Of a DNA stretch of 64,000 nt, positions 21,235-31,768 are shown piece by piece. Under the pieces are notes generated by a model, which saw nothing but the letters and a program-made list of their open reading frames with translations, did not search any database and was not told the DNA's origin. The stretch's first letter is position 1; every line of letters starts with the position of its first letter. This stretch comes from a virus (Duplodnaviria > Caudoviricetes), in IMG/VR virus record IMGVR_UViG_3300031993_000012, positions 64,001 through 128,000 of that record. The stretch is one strand, 5' to 3'. The position numbers and the translations under genes are program-made.

Positions 21235-21429
21235 TCAATCTCCTTCCGGATTCAACCATTCGTAGATACGATTGTCAATCTGGGTTAATGTAGCCAGTTT
21301 ACTTTCCTCTTGAGTTATTATAGGAATAAGATTCTCATTCAGAAAGTTTTCTAACCATTCGGCGGTAATCACGTTACATGTACCATCCGGCAGGTTAAAT
21401 GTAAGCGGTTTATTTTTATCAAATGCCAT
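21235..21429 (-). CDS. hypothetical protein, first gene of tail-fibre operon
   Basis: 64 aa, SD AAGGAGTG, late motif directly upstream. Confidence 0.65.
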   Translation of the reverse strand: MAFDKNKPLTFNLPDGTCNVITAEWLENFLNENLIPIITQEESKLATLTQIDNRIYEWLNPEGD

Positions 21430-21452
21430 ATAGCTTCACTCCTTTGTGTAAG

Positions 21453-21466
21453 ATTACAAATCGGTT
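21453..21466 (-). promoter_or_regulatory. late-type promoter motif
   Basis: minus strand AACC-GATTT-GTAAT. Confidence 0.6.
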
Positions 21467-21559
21467 GACCTATAGGAATACCCGGAACATACAATAAAAA
21501 TCATTATGATTGAACATATAAGTATTATTATCAAACCAAATGAAAGGTAGGTATTTAAC

Positions 21560-21742
21560 ATGAATATCACAGTTTATGATAGAGCCAATGGTCAAGTTGT
21601 TGCGGAATTAATGACTGCAACTGCAAACGACGTATTGAAGTTCATCCAAAAAGGATTCAAAGTTATAGATAATTATACAAAACAAGAATTGTCTGAATCC
21701 GATGTTTTATCGATGGTAGGAATGTCCGAGTGTGTAATATAA
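21560..21742 (+). CDS. hypothetical protein
   Basis: 60 aa, SD AAGGTAGG. Confidence 0.6.
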   Translation: MNITVYDRANGQVVAELMTATANDVLKFIQKGFKVIDNYTKQELSESDVLSMVGMSECVI

Positions 21743-21757
21743 ATTTCTACATTCGGT

Positions 21758-21777
21758 ATACATATCATTAGCATGAA
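21758..21777 (+). promoter_or_regulatory. early-type promoter motif
   Basis: ATACATATCATT-AGCA-TGAA. Confidence 0.5.
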
Positions 21778-21823
21778 TAGGATACAAGGATATCCATTCA
21801 AATAAACTCAAAGGAGAATTATT

Positions 21824-22261
21824 ATGGCAGGAATTTTTAGCATGGGTGCATTCGTTGCATATGGTAACGCAGCACTCAACAATCAGAAGGGTAAGTCCAG
21901 TGATCTTCAGGAAGCTTTCAGAGCTGACCTTAAGAAGAACATTGCAATCGCAGGTTATCCTTCGAAGGACGAAATCGGTATCATTGATGAAATCGATAAC
22001 TTCACATTCGAGAACACTCTCAAGCATGTACCTCAGTTGGTATCTGACTATATGAGAGATGAGAACAGAAAGTTCAATATCCCTGCACCCGATGGTAGCT
22101 GTACTGATGCTACAATCGAAATTGTCCATAAGGACAAGCAGACTAAAACGGGTGTTGCAAAACTTGGTAACGGCAAAGAGCCTATTCCGTGGGAGTCAAC
22201 CATCAAAGAACATGATGAGTTTGCAATTACCAACCGCAGAGATCCGTTCAAAGTAAAGTAA
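21824..22261 (+). CDS. probably abundant protein, possibly HU-like DNA-binding
   Basis: codon usage like the capsid gene (AAG, ATC, TTC); C-terminal beta-arm-like TIEIVHKDKQTKTG...IPWESTIKEH; own promoter motif and terminator. Confidence 0.4.
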   Translation: MAGIFSMGAFVAYGNAALNNQKGKSSDLQEAFRADLKKNIAIAGYPSKDEIGIIDEIDNFTFENTLKHVPQLVSDYMRDENRKFNIPAPDGSCTDATIEIVHKDKQTKTGVAKLGNGKEPIPWESTIKEHDEFAITNRRDPFKVK

Positions 22262-22304
22262 TCTTCATGGCATATTTGTGCATGCTTCCTTAAGACACAT
22301 GAAA

Positions 22305-22326
22305 GGTGGGGCCACATGGCCCCACC
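22305..22326. terminator. hairpin between convergent genes
   Basis: ggtggggcca-ca-tggccccacc. Confidence 0.65.
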
Positions 22327-22344
22327 CCAAGTGTGTTTATTTTT

Positions 22345-25300
22345 TTAACTGCTAACCATAGCGGTGATAACATCTGGAATTGCATCATCATACATATCAG
22401 ATGAATTTGCTGAAGTTGATGTACCTCTATTGGTACCAATGTTCTCTAGCTTATCCAGTATCTTGTTGAGTAACTTTTCTGTTCTCGGTGAACGTGTATT
22501 GAATTCTGTCTTTATAAGATAATTCAGTAAATCAACACGACTGAGATCAGCAGTATCATTATTGATACCACCTTGGATAGTATAGTTATTGACTGTATAT
22601 GAACCCTCGTTATCATAACCATAGCTCATTAATGTATCGAGCGCGTTATTACTCAGAGGGGGAATACTATTAATTGTATCATCACCGGCACCATATACTC
22701 CGGTTGGAATAAAGAATCCGGAATCAGTTGAATTATAATCAAAATCACCACATGCGGTTGAATCTTGATTAAGCTGTTTAAGTGTTTTCTGTTGTGTCTT
22801 AGATAACAGAATATCACGGTTAACGTTCGAATACGTTTTATCATATGATGTCGAGAATGTAACGTATGGTGCGTCTACATCTTTGGTGATTGTTTTTGGT
22901 GTACCGAATTTACCACTTGTCGTACCAACGAATTGTTTAGTTGTATATTTACCTGTGTAAGGTCCTCTTGCAGTAAACCAGTGGTTTCTATAATATGATT
23001 GCCATCTCTGTCCAGTAGCATCCGTTTCTGCTGTACTCTTATAGAATGTCAGGTTTTCAGAAGAACCTTTCCATTTACTTATACGAGCATCTGATTCAGA
23101 GTTAATACTATTGACTGTATTACCACGATATGATTTATTCTTGACATCAGATGTCAATGCAAAGTCTGACATTTGACCCCAACCACAGAGAGTACCCCAT
23201 TGTGAACTGTAACCAACATAAACGAAATACCAGCTACCAGTTGTAGTAACTTTTGTGTATCTCTTATTGTTTTGAAGTTTACATGTTATCTTGGCGCTTG
23301 TACTTGGTTCAAGATACAAATATACATCACCATATCCTTTGGTAGTAAGCTGATCGTTACTCCATAAAGTACCACCGGTATGTTTCTTTTTCATTGTATG
23401 ATAAAGATCATTACGTTCGGTGTTGGTTGCATATATACGAGTATCACCTTCAAGACCTTCACCATCACCTTTTTCACCTTCATCGTCATAATCGTAATCA
23501 CCGAATGATGAAGATGATGAATTTGCCGCACTAATGGCAGCAGCAGTTGTATCAAGTTGACCTTGAACTGTACCAAGCATGTTCTTATAGTATTCAGGAA
23601 GATCATTTGCATAATCTCCAAGTATTGATGATATATCAAATGCGGCAACAGAACCACCACCGCCACCAGAAGCACCAGTTCCATATCCTTCAGCTTGACC
23701 ATTATCCAGCATCCAGTTATATGCTTCAACAGCAGTACGCATGTGACGAGCTTGACCGGTTGTCTTTGCAAAGTCATATGGTACAAGAGCGTTACCAACG
23801 TAATGTCCCATTGCTTCAGCGATATCAGTATCAGCATACGGACCCCATCTGTCTCCCTGTCCGAGTTTCGGAGCATATCCAAGAGCTTCTTTCATGGAGT
23901 TACCGTAATAACGATTGAAGTTAACGTTCTTTGCACGATCGTATGTTGATGTTGGAGAGAAGTATGTTTCGCCAATGTATTTCAACTGTTCAGCCAATGT
24001 AGAACCATACTTAGTTTCATTTGCACCAGAGTGTGAGTTCTTTGCATCTGGTATCCAGTTCATAAGACCGAATGCATACTGCTTACCAATATTATCCCAT
24101 ACAACTCGTGTCAGTGATTCTTCACCAGTAAGCTTCTTAGCGCCATTTTCGTGAATACCAATTGCAGCAACCATCGCAGTCTGTGGAGCCGTAAATCCAG
24201 CTTTCTTTGCAGCACCCCAATAGTCAGCCTTTGTAAGTTTGTCAGGATAATATTTCCATTGTGGAGATGCATTCTCCATTGCTTTACTGAGTTTGATTTT
24301 ACCTTGTGCATTCTTACCCATACTTGCAGCCATTGATACACCTGCAGCTCCTGCGGCAGCAGCACTACCACCAGTAGCCTCTGAATCAACAGCACCTTTG
24401 AAACGCAGTATTCGAGTAACACCATCAGCAGCGGTTAATGTTTGTGGCAGTAATGATATCCAGTCAGAATTACCATCCAGATATGCAGCACCAGCTTTAC
24501 CTGATTTGACAATACCTTCTTGACCCTGACCAACACCGGTACCACCATCGTAACCTTTAGCACTCCATGAACCTGCATCAGAACCATCAATGAACATACC
24601 GACGTGTTCTTGTGCACAGAGAATATCACCAGGTCTAGCGGATCCAGTTTTGAACTGTAAAATCTCCCAGTCATCAGACGGATTACCTTCGGAGTCAACA
24701 ACAAGATCTTGTTTGTTCTTCTGATAAAGATCATATGTACGAATACCAGTGCCATCACCACTACTGAAATTATATCCCATAGCTTTAACGGCTGCAGACA
24801 TAAGACCAGAACAGTCTTGCCTAAAATGTTTCAGTTCTGTACCATCTCTAAGAGTTACAGGACCAACGTCGCGGGATGTTGAATAAACACCGCCATTATT
24901 TTTAACAGCAGCTTCAAATACAGCAGCTGCAGCAGCATAAAGTGAATTAATATCACCACCACCGCCACCGGAACCACCAACGGCTCCACTACCACCACTA
25001 TTAGCAGCAGTTGTTGCAGTCAATGCTTCACCGAGTTTCTTAACAGCGATAGATGCTTTCTTAGCCTTAACGTATTCACTATCTTCACCTTCAAGCAGAT
25101 GTTTAAATCCACCAGTTACAATAGGATTACCATTTTCATCATGTACGATATTACCTTGAGCATCTTTCTGATAAACAACATACGGTTCATAGTAGTCTTT
25201 GCTGCTTTCAACGAATGATTCATATTGCTGTTTTAAATCATCGGTGATTGTATCATTAACAACCATTGAAATGTATTTGTTTCTTAATACTGAACTGGAG

Positions 25301-28300
25301 CTCCACGCATCAGAAATACGTTTCTCATATTCTTCAGGAGTTTCGCCGTCCTTCATAGGATTCTCAGCACGATACAAATCCATTGCTTTGATAACTTTAT
25401 TCTGGTAATCTTCATCAGAATAATTATCACGTGCTTCTTTAGCAATTTTACTTTCACGATCTTCTTTTTCTTGATTCTCAACCATTTCATCAACTTCTGC
25501 AGATGAATCAGTATTAAACAATTTACCGAAAATTCCAGAAAGTGACATAAGGTTTGCCATTGCTTCTTTAGTTTCATCTGAGAATGCTGCAAGTGAATCA
25601 ACGTCACCTGAACCATATATTCCCATAAGCGATGAACCAGCAACAGAGTTTGCTGAACGGCGTTGGATTCTACCAGTCATCGGATTTGATACATATACTC
25701 CACCATAGTGATCAGTACCAATTGCATTCAGATAATGGTTATTACCGTTACGAGTACCAAACTCAACACCACTTCCAACAAGTGTAATTGGATTATTCGG
25801 TGATGCCTTTTTCAGTGAACTCATCGTTACACCACCGACTTTAGTACCCATACCTAAGGCATTAGATGCAGATAAATATCCACCAACCGATGTTCCACGC
25901 GATGGATCATATGTGCCATGTGATGTCATTTTAGAAGCCAATGCAGACGCAGATATATTTGAACCTGTACGACGATTATATGCATCAGCCAATGCAACCG
26001 GACCACATCCACGACGTGACATATTTAAGTAATTACCATATGATGATTGTGAATCACCACTACCGATAACACTTATATCAGCATTTGAATATGGTATATC
26101 ACCACCAGAGTATGATGTTTGATATCCGTTACTTGATGAATCAAAACCAGAGTTTGTATCCGATTTAACGGTTGTATTAGTATCAACCGACGCATTATCA
26201 GTCTTCATTATTGTAGTAGCATTTGAATCACCAAAATCAGTACTGATATTATGCATCAAACGGAAACCCTTTTGAAGTTGAGCTACACCATCGGTTGTCA
26301 TTTGATCGGATTTCTCCAATAATGATTGTCCAAGCATTGAGATTTTATTCTCTTCATTTACCCATGGGAGTAATGATGCTAATTCACCAACGGTTGTGAT
26401 TATACGTCCGAGACCACCGATGATACCACCGACACCGGATTCAGCAATACCAAATATTGATATACCGAGACCCTTTATGAAATTCGCGGTGTCTTTAATA
26501 TCTCCAAGTCCAGATAATAATCTTAATGGACCGAATTTGAACAATTTTAACTGAAGCTTCTTATCTTCTTCGCGCTCTTCTTCGTGTTGCTTTTGAGCGT
26601 CTTTATTGTCTTCATCAGTTTTGTCATCACGTTCTTTGAAGTATTTAATGAGCGCTTGACCGGTTTTAGATACACCTTCCTTGGCCAATACACCAAGTAC
26701 ACCACCACCTGCAGCAGCAACCACAGTAGTAGCGCGATCAATTGCCTTACGTTTAACCATCTTTTCAGCTTCCTCGATAGAAAGCTTACCGCTCATAATT
26801 TGATCGTAAATTTCTTCACGTTTTGTTTTATTAAGTGGATACATAAGTTTAGCCAAACGATTAGCAACTTCATCCTTATTACCAGATGTAAGTTTATCAT
26901 GTATACCACCTTTGACCTTAGATGCAACTTGCTTTGCACCTTGTGCCAAACCATATGCAGCAATACCACCGACACCACCTGCGAGAACAGCTCCGGTTGC
27001 GAGCATCTTTTTACGCAGCATCTTCTTGGCGTCTTCTTCGGTGATCTCACCACTCATCATCTTTTCGTATACTTCTTGACGTTTTTCTTTATTGACTGGA
27101 TGTAAACGTTTAGAATACTTTTCAGCAATTTCATGTTTCTCATCAGAACTCTTTGCTTTGTATTCAGTATCCTTTTTCTTTTTCTTGTCAGCAGCTTCTT
27201 TGTCTTCACCTGTATCTGTAAGACCACATTCTTTATAGTATTGAGCACGTTTCTTTTTATCAAATGGATGCATAAGAACACCAAATGCTTTTGCAAATTT
27301 GGTGGTTAACCATTTAACACCCTTAGCAATCCATTCGACTGGTTTGAGTACAACGTTTACAATCTTACCAACTGCTTTTCCTAAGAACTCAAGCCATGGA
27401 CCGAGTGGTTTAAGAATTGTATTAACTGCTTCACCAAGTAATGTGAGGATTGGTTCAAGCGCAGTCAGTATAGGAGCAATGATACCAGTAACAGATTTAA
27501 CAATCTCACCGATTGATTTAGTCAATATCTTCAATACAGGTTTCAGAGTTTTGTTCAATGTTTTAAACAAACCGCTGAATGATTTTGCAATACCTTTAAC
27601 AACAGAAGTTACTGTTTTAAATAATATCTTAAATCCTTCAACACCCATAAAGATATTGAATAAGATACCAGCGATACCAGACATGATTCCACCCATACCA
27701 CCAAGTATCTTAGAGATACCACCAAGTTTACCACCTAACTTGGAACCAATCTTATCACCTATACGTGAGAACACACTACCTTTCTTTTCACCACCAGCAG
27801 GTTTCTGTTGATCAGCTCCTACTGTAGGCATTGAAGGTGTGGGTGCCGGTTTTGGTTGCGATGTTGGTGGAGTTGTTGTTGATGGAGTTTGTGTGCTGAT
27901 AGAATCCATTGTTGGTGGATTCTGTTGTGCACCAATTGTTGGCATCAATGATTGTGTTGGATTCGTTGGTTTTTGTTGTGTTGGAGTATTAACCTTTGGA
28001 GCTGTTATTGAATCCATCGTCGGAGGTTCGTCTTTCTTCTTTCTACTATTAAGGAAACTACGTAATCTACCGGGTTTCTTCTCTTCTGATTCTCCTTCCG
28101 GTTTCTCTTTCTTTTTAAACAATTCTTTGGTTCCTTGCCATACTTGTTTTGCACCGGTTGTTATTTTGCCAATGTTCTTTTGAAGTTGTTTCTTAAAGAA
28201 ATTGATTACCGGCGACATGAATTTCTTGGCTGCACCAAATGCAGTCTTCAATGCTGTTGTTATTCCTGCAATCAATGGAGCGAAGAAATTCTTCAGTATT

Positions 28301-30900
28301 CCTTTACCAGCAGAAAACAACTTACTGAGAAGACCACCTTTTTCACTCTTTTTAGCAGAACGATCAATCATTCCACCAACTGCTGCACGAAGTCGTGCTT
28401 TCAACTTCTGATTCTTGATTCTGGAGATTTCCATCATGATAGCTTGTTTATCAGGACCACTATCACCATCTTCAGCAGAAGTTTCCATCATTGACATTAC
28501 GAGATCCATCTGATACTTATCTTCTTGAGATATATCATCACGGTTACCGTAATCTTGTGCACGTTTCAGTGATTTCTCTAAATATTTATCATATTTATCA
28601 GATGCACCACCGAAATGTTCAGATATGAATGATGATGCTTTATCCTTCGCGGAATCATATAATTCATCGCCTTTACGTGACATGAATTCATCGAATTTTC
28701 CACGTATGGAGTCACCAATACCACCACCATACAAACCGACTAACGAAGAACCCGCAACACCGTTGATAGAGCGTTTATGAACTTTTCCATCAAGTGGATT
28801 CATTACATATACATTGCCACCACCATCGGACCCAATGACATTTACAAAATGATTGTTTCCATATGCAGTACCAAATTCAGGTCCAGATCCAAGTAATGTA
28901 ATGGGATTATCACCAGATGCCATTCTTAATGACATATTATTTACAGCACCAGGCGTAAGTGGATGACCCATCATTGCGGAAGCATTCATGAAATTACCAA
29001 CATTCATTCCATGTTTAGGATCATACATTCCACGACGATTCAGCATATCAGCTAATGCAACCGGACCACATCCATTTCTGGCAATGTTTAAATAATTACC
29101 ATATGCAGATTGATTATATGAATTACCCGAACCATGTTCTCTGAGTATTTTCTCAAACTCTTTAATTTGTTCTTTGAGATTTCTAATATCCTCAGAATGA
29201 CGAAGTTTCTCAGGACCTTTCATTTTATCATATTGACGCATCTGCTCTTTAGCATCTTCAAGTTTATCAATTGTATCAGATACTTGGCTGGTACGTTTAT
29301 TTTGTTTAACTGCAGCTTCACGTACACTGGACATATCAACTTTACCAGCGAGACTAGAGAAGCTTGAACCAGATGATGCGAACTCTGTACGTTTTACATG
29401 TAAATCCTGATATGTTTTATTTACACCATTACAGAAATTACGTGCATCTTCACCTTGTGCAATTGCAAGAAATACTGAACGAACTGCACTCATCCAGTCG
29501 ATTCCTTTTTTCTTGAGACTAGCAGCCATGATAGTTGCAGTTTCAACAATTGCAGCTTCCGTGAGTTTTGAATCACTCAGTAATCTATTTGGATCTAAAC
29601 GATTGATGTTTGATTCATATATCAATTGTGCAAACACACCATTCAATGTATTCGTAATCATTGATATATCAGCACGAGATAAATCCTTATTGGTACGCTC
29701 TTCAAATAATTGATTACGTCCTTTCCATGAAACACCTGAACTTTGGAATGAACTTTTTGCAAGATCTCCCCAACGTTCTTGTCGGTATTGTTCACGATTC
29801 TTTTCTTCATCTTTTTCCCATTTCTCACGAGCTTTTGTACCAAGTGTTGATGTTCCCTGGGTGAGTTCACCATTCTTACCGACATTATAATTCATGCCAG
29901 TAACACCTTTAGCAATGATACGTAAGTATTCAGGAATTGTTTTGATGATGGTAGTACGGACATAACCATCGAATGTTGCTTGTTTATTATCAAAACCTTT
30001 GACAACATCTTCCTTGTAGTTATGAGTTGATTCACCACGTTTGATGTCACCAAATAATGTTTTGAATGGTTTCGATGATATAAGATCTTCCAGACCACGC
30101 TGAACTGCTTCTCCAAGTGTGTTGTTGATAGTCTCCATAGTTTTATCAATACTACGACCACCGAGTATCTTTAATTCTTTACCACCGAGACCCGACATTT
30201 GATATGCCATCTGTAATATGTCAGAAGGACCAGCACCCTTAAGCATTGACAACATGCTACCATATCCCATAGCATCTCCAATATATCCACCACCGCTGTT
30301 CTTAGCAGTGTTGTAAATACTATTAAGAGACAAACGTCCTTGGCTATCGTACAACGACATTTTAGCTTGTTCGGTCTTCTCCGCCTGATATACATTACAG
30401 AAAGCATCGAGTTTTTTCGATATTCCTAGTAAAGTAGTATTGATATTATTTACAGATGTAAGGATTTCTGAAGAACGTTGATTGATTGTAGAAACAACTT
30501 CCGCTGTAGAAGCCATTGTTGTTTCTGCTTGACGTGCTCCAAGTTGAACCATGATACTGGATTGACGTTTCGTTATATCCTTCATGGCATCTTTGTCTAG
30601 TACAGTAGAATCTTTATCTTCTTCAGCACCAGTATCAAACCCGGGGTCATAATCATCATCTTCACCGGTATCACCAAATTCACTTTCTTTCTGGTAGAAC
30701 CAATCGTGAATACCACGGAAGTTGAAGTTACGCTTCATATTCTTCAGAGTATCAGTGCTGTTTTTAGCAGCTCTCATAACATCAGTACGCACCGCGTTAG
30801 CATCATTTACTAACTCGACGGCGTTACCCATATACTCTTTACCCTGTTCAATGGTAGCGTCCTTCAGTATCTTCAGACTCTGAGCGAGTAAACTTCCCAT
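22345..30900 (-). CDS. tape-measure / tail-associated lysin polyprotein
   Basis: 2851 aa; amphipathic TMP-like segments; two C39-like peptidase domains (GCGPVALAD..NH..NP), NlpC/P60-like (DCSGL..HVG), tail-lysozyme-like (HENG..AFGLMNW..EQLKYI), SH3b-like. Confidence 0.75.
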   Translation of the reverse strand: MGSLLAQSLKILKDATIEQGKEYMGNAVELVNDANAVRTDVMRAAKNSTDTLKNMKRNFNFRGIHDWFYQKESEFGDTGEDDDYDPGFDTGAEEDKDSTVLDKDAMKDITKRQSSIMVQLGARQAETTMASTAEVVSTINQRSSEILTSVNNINTTLLGISKKLDAFCNVYQAEKTEQAKMSLYDSQGRLSLNSIYNTAKNSGGGYIGDAMGYGSMLSMLKGAGPSDILQMAYQMSGLGGKELKILGGRSIDKTMETINNTLGEAVQRGLEDLISSKPFKTLFGDIKRGESTHNYKEDVVKGFDNKQATFDGYVRTTIIKTIPEYLRIIAKGVTGMNYNVGKNGELTQGTSTLGTKAREKWEKDEEKNREQYRQERWGDLAKSSFQSSGVSWKGRNQLFEERTNKDLSRADISMITNTLNGVFAQLIYESNINRLDPNRLLSDSKLTEAAIVETATIMAASLKKKGIDWMSAVRSVFLAIAQGEDARNFCNGVNKTYQDLHVKRTEFASSGSSFSSLAGKVDMSSVREAAVKQNKRTSQVSDTIDKLEDAKEQMRQYDKMKGPEKLRHSEDIRNLKEQIKEFEKILREHGSGNSYNQSAYGNYLNIARNGCGPVALADMLNRRGMYDPKHGMNVGNFMNASAMMGHPLTPGAVNNMSLRMASGDNPITLLGSGPEFGTAYGNNHFVNVIGSDGGGNVYVMNPLDGKVHKRSINGVAGSSLVGLYGGGIGDSIRGKFDEFMSRKGDELYDSAKDKASSFISEHFGGASDKYDKYLEKSLKRAQDYGNRDDISQEDKYQMDLVMSMMETSAEDGDSGPDKQAIMMEISRIKNQKLKARLRAAVGGMIDRSAKKSEKGGLLSKLFSAGKGILKNFFAPLIAGITTALKTAFGAAKKFMSPVINFFKKQLQKNIGKITTGAKQVWQGTKELFKKKEKPEGESEEKKPGRLRSFLNSRKKKDEPPTMDSITAPKVNTPTQQKPTNPTQSLMPTIGAQQNPPTMDSISTQTPSTTTPPTSQPKPAPTPSMPTVGADQQKPAGGEKKGSVFSRIGDKIGSKLGGKLGGISKILGGMGGIMSGIAGILFNIFMGVEGFKILFKTVTSVVKGIAKSFSGLFKTLNKTLKPVLKILTKSIGEIVKSVTGIIAPILTALEPILTLLGEAVNTILKPLGPWLEFLGKAVGKIVNVVLKPVEWIAKGVKWLTTKFAKAFGVLMHPFDKKKRAQYYKECGLTDTGEDKEAADKKKKKDTEYKAKSSDEKHEIAEKYSKRLHPVNKEKRQEVYEKMMSGEITEEDAKKMLRKKMLATGAVLAGGVGGIAAYGLAQGAKQVASKVKGGIHDKLTSGNKDEVANRLAKLMYPLNKTKREEIYDQIMSGKLSIEEAEKMVKRKAIDRATTVVAAAGGGVLGVLAKEGVSKTGQALIKYFKERDDKTDEDNKDAQKQHEEEREEDKKLQLKLFKFGPLRLLSGLGDIKDTANFIKGLGISIFGIAESGVGGIIGGLGRIITTVGELASLLPWVNEENKISMLGQSLLEKSDQMTTDGVAQLQKGFRLMHNISTDFGDSNATTIMKTDNASVDTNTTVKSDTNSGFDSSSNGYQTSYSGGDIPYSNADISVIGSGDSQSSYGNYLNMSRRGCGPVALADAYNRRTGSNISASALASKMTSHGTYDPSRGTSVGGYLSASNALGMGTKVGGVTMSSLKKASPNNPITLVGSGVEFGTRNGNNHYLNAIGTDHYGGVYVSNPMTGRIQRRSANSVAGSSLMGIYGSGDVDSLAAFSDETKEAMANLMSLSGIFGKLFNTDSSAEVDEMVENQEKEDRESKIAKEARDNYSDEDYQNKVIKAMDLYRAENPMKDGETPEEYEKRISDAWSSSSVLRNKYISMVVNDTITDDLKQQYESFVESSKDYYEPYVVYQKDAQGNIVHDENGNPIVTGGFKHLLEGEDSEYVKAKKASIAVKKLGEALTATTAANSGGSGAVGGSGGGGGDINSLYAAAAAVFEAAVKNNGGVYSTSRDVGPVTLRDGTELKHFRQDCSGLMSAAVKAMGYNFSSGDGTGIRTYDLYQKNKQDLVVDSEGNPSDDWEILQFKTGSARPGDILCAQEHVGMFIDGSDAGSWSAKGYDGGTGVGQGQEGIVKSGKAGAAYLDGNSDWISLLPQTLTAADGVTRILRFKGAVDSEATGGSAAAAGAAGVSMAASMGKNAQGKIKLSKAMENASPQWKYYPDKLTKADYWGAAKKAGFTAPQTAMVAAIGIHENGAKKLTGEESLTRVVWDNIGKQYAFGLMNWIPDAKNSHSGANETKYGSTLAEQLKYIGETYFSPTSTYDRAKNVNFNRYYGNSMKEALGYAPKLGQGDRWGPYADTDIAEAMGHYVGNALVPYDFAKTTGQARHMRTAVEAYNWMLDNGQAEGYGTGASGGGGGSVAAFDISSILGDYANDLPEYYKNMLGTVQGQLDTTAAAISAANSSSSSFGDYDYDDEGEKGDGEGLEGDTRIYATNTERNDLYHTMKKKHTGGTLWSNDQLTTKGYGDVYLYLEPSTSAKITCKLQNNKRYTKVTTTGSWYFVYVGYSSQWGTLCGWGQMSDFALTSDVKNKSYRGNTVNSINSESDARISKWKGSSENLTFYKSTAETDATGQRWQSYYRNHWFTARGPYTGKYTTKQFVGTTSGKFGTPKTITKDVDAPYVTFSTSYDKTYSNVNRDILLSKTQQKTLKQLNQDSTACGDFDYNSTDSGFFIPTGVYGAGDDTINSIPPLSNNALDTLMSYGYDNEGSYTVNNYTIQGGINNDTADLSRVDLLNYLIKTEFNTRSPRTEKLLNKILDKLENIGTNRGTSTSANSSDMYDDAIPDVITAMVSS

Positions 30901-30938
30901 AATTTTACCTCCTCTTTAAATAGATTTCCTTCTCAGGA

Positions 30939-30952
30939 ATTACCTGTGGGTT
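30939..30952 (-). promoter_or_regulatory. late-type promoter motif
   Basis: minus strand AACC-CACAG-GTAAT. Confidence 0.6.
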
Positions 30953-30971
30953 TGACCCAAATAAAATAATG

Positions 30972-30990
30972 GGCGGGGATTAACCCCGCC
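30972..30990 (-). terminator. hairpin/terminator
   Basis: ggcgggg-attaa-ccccgcc followed by T-rich tract on minus strand. Confidence 0.6.
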
Positions 30991-30997
30991 ACATATA

Positions 30998-31756
30998 TCA
31001 AAAAAAGGTTATATCGGTGATTAAATCGAGGTGAAATGTCTGGCGCCATTGTTCAACAAGTTCATTACGTGCAGCTTCAGCACCACTCCATTCATCGATT
31101 TTCAATTGGATTTCTTTGTATGCTGAACCGACATTCACCATGTTCTTTAATTGTGAATATAATGAACGTTCCACGTCAAGTGTTGCTAAACGCATAAAGG
31201 ATTCTACTTGTGACTCCGGTATCGTTTCACCAGTTAAATCATGTTGGCATTCCGCAATGAAATGTAAGAACGCATCTTTTGGCATATCAAATAATTGTAT
31301 TGTATTATATCCTTGCCATTGAGATGTTTGTGGTTGTGATGTTATTCCAGAATATTTATTTATTGCCGCACCGGTAGATACAGCATTCAATATATCCTGT
31401 GGATAATAAGAACCGAATCCAACAAATGGTGAACCAATCGTGAATGTATTTGATGTAATTTCACCACTCTGGTATTTATCAGATGCATAATACGCAGCAG
31501 CAGTAAATACTTCAGTTGTTGTAATTGCTGCCGGTAACATATAGATTCCAACATTACCAGATCCAGGATATTTTTCCACCAGATTCTTTCGGGATTCATA
31601 GCATTCACGAATCCATGGTTTGAAACGAGAGAAAGTTCTGATACTCATTTTGATAATATCAGCAATAACAACTTCAGTTGGTTGTTTAAATGGTAATGAT
31701 ATTGCATTCAATCCATGTGACATTTTAATATCATTAACACAATCTGATATGTTCAT
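30998..31756 (-). CDS. virion structural protein (possible neck/head-tail connector)
   Basis: 252 aa, between head-type genes and tape measure; SD GAGGTG; function from context only. Confidence 0.4.
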   Translation of the reverse strand: MNISDCVNDIKMSHGLNAISLPFKQPTEVVIADIIKMSIRTFSRFKPWIRECYESRKNLVEKYPGSGNVGIYMLPAAITTTEVFTAAAYYASDKYQSGEITSNTFTIGSPFVGFGSYYPQDILNAVSTGAAINKYSGITSQPQTSQWQGYNTIQLFDMPKDAFLHFIAECQHDLTGETIPESQVESFMRLATLDVERSLYSQLKNMVNVGSAYKEIQLKIDEWSGAEAARNELVEQWRQTFHLDLITDITFF

Positions 31757-31768
31757 ACATCATACACC

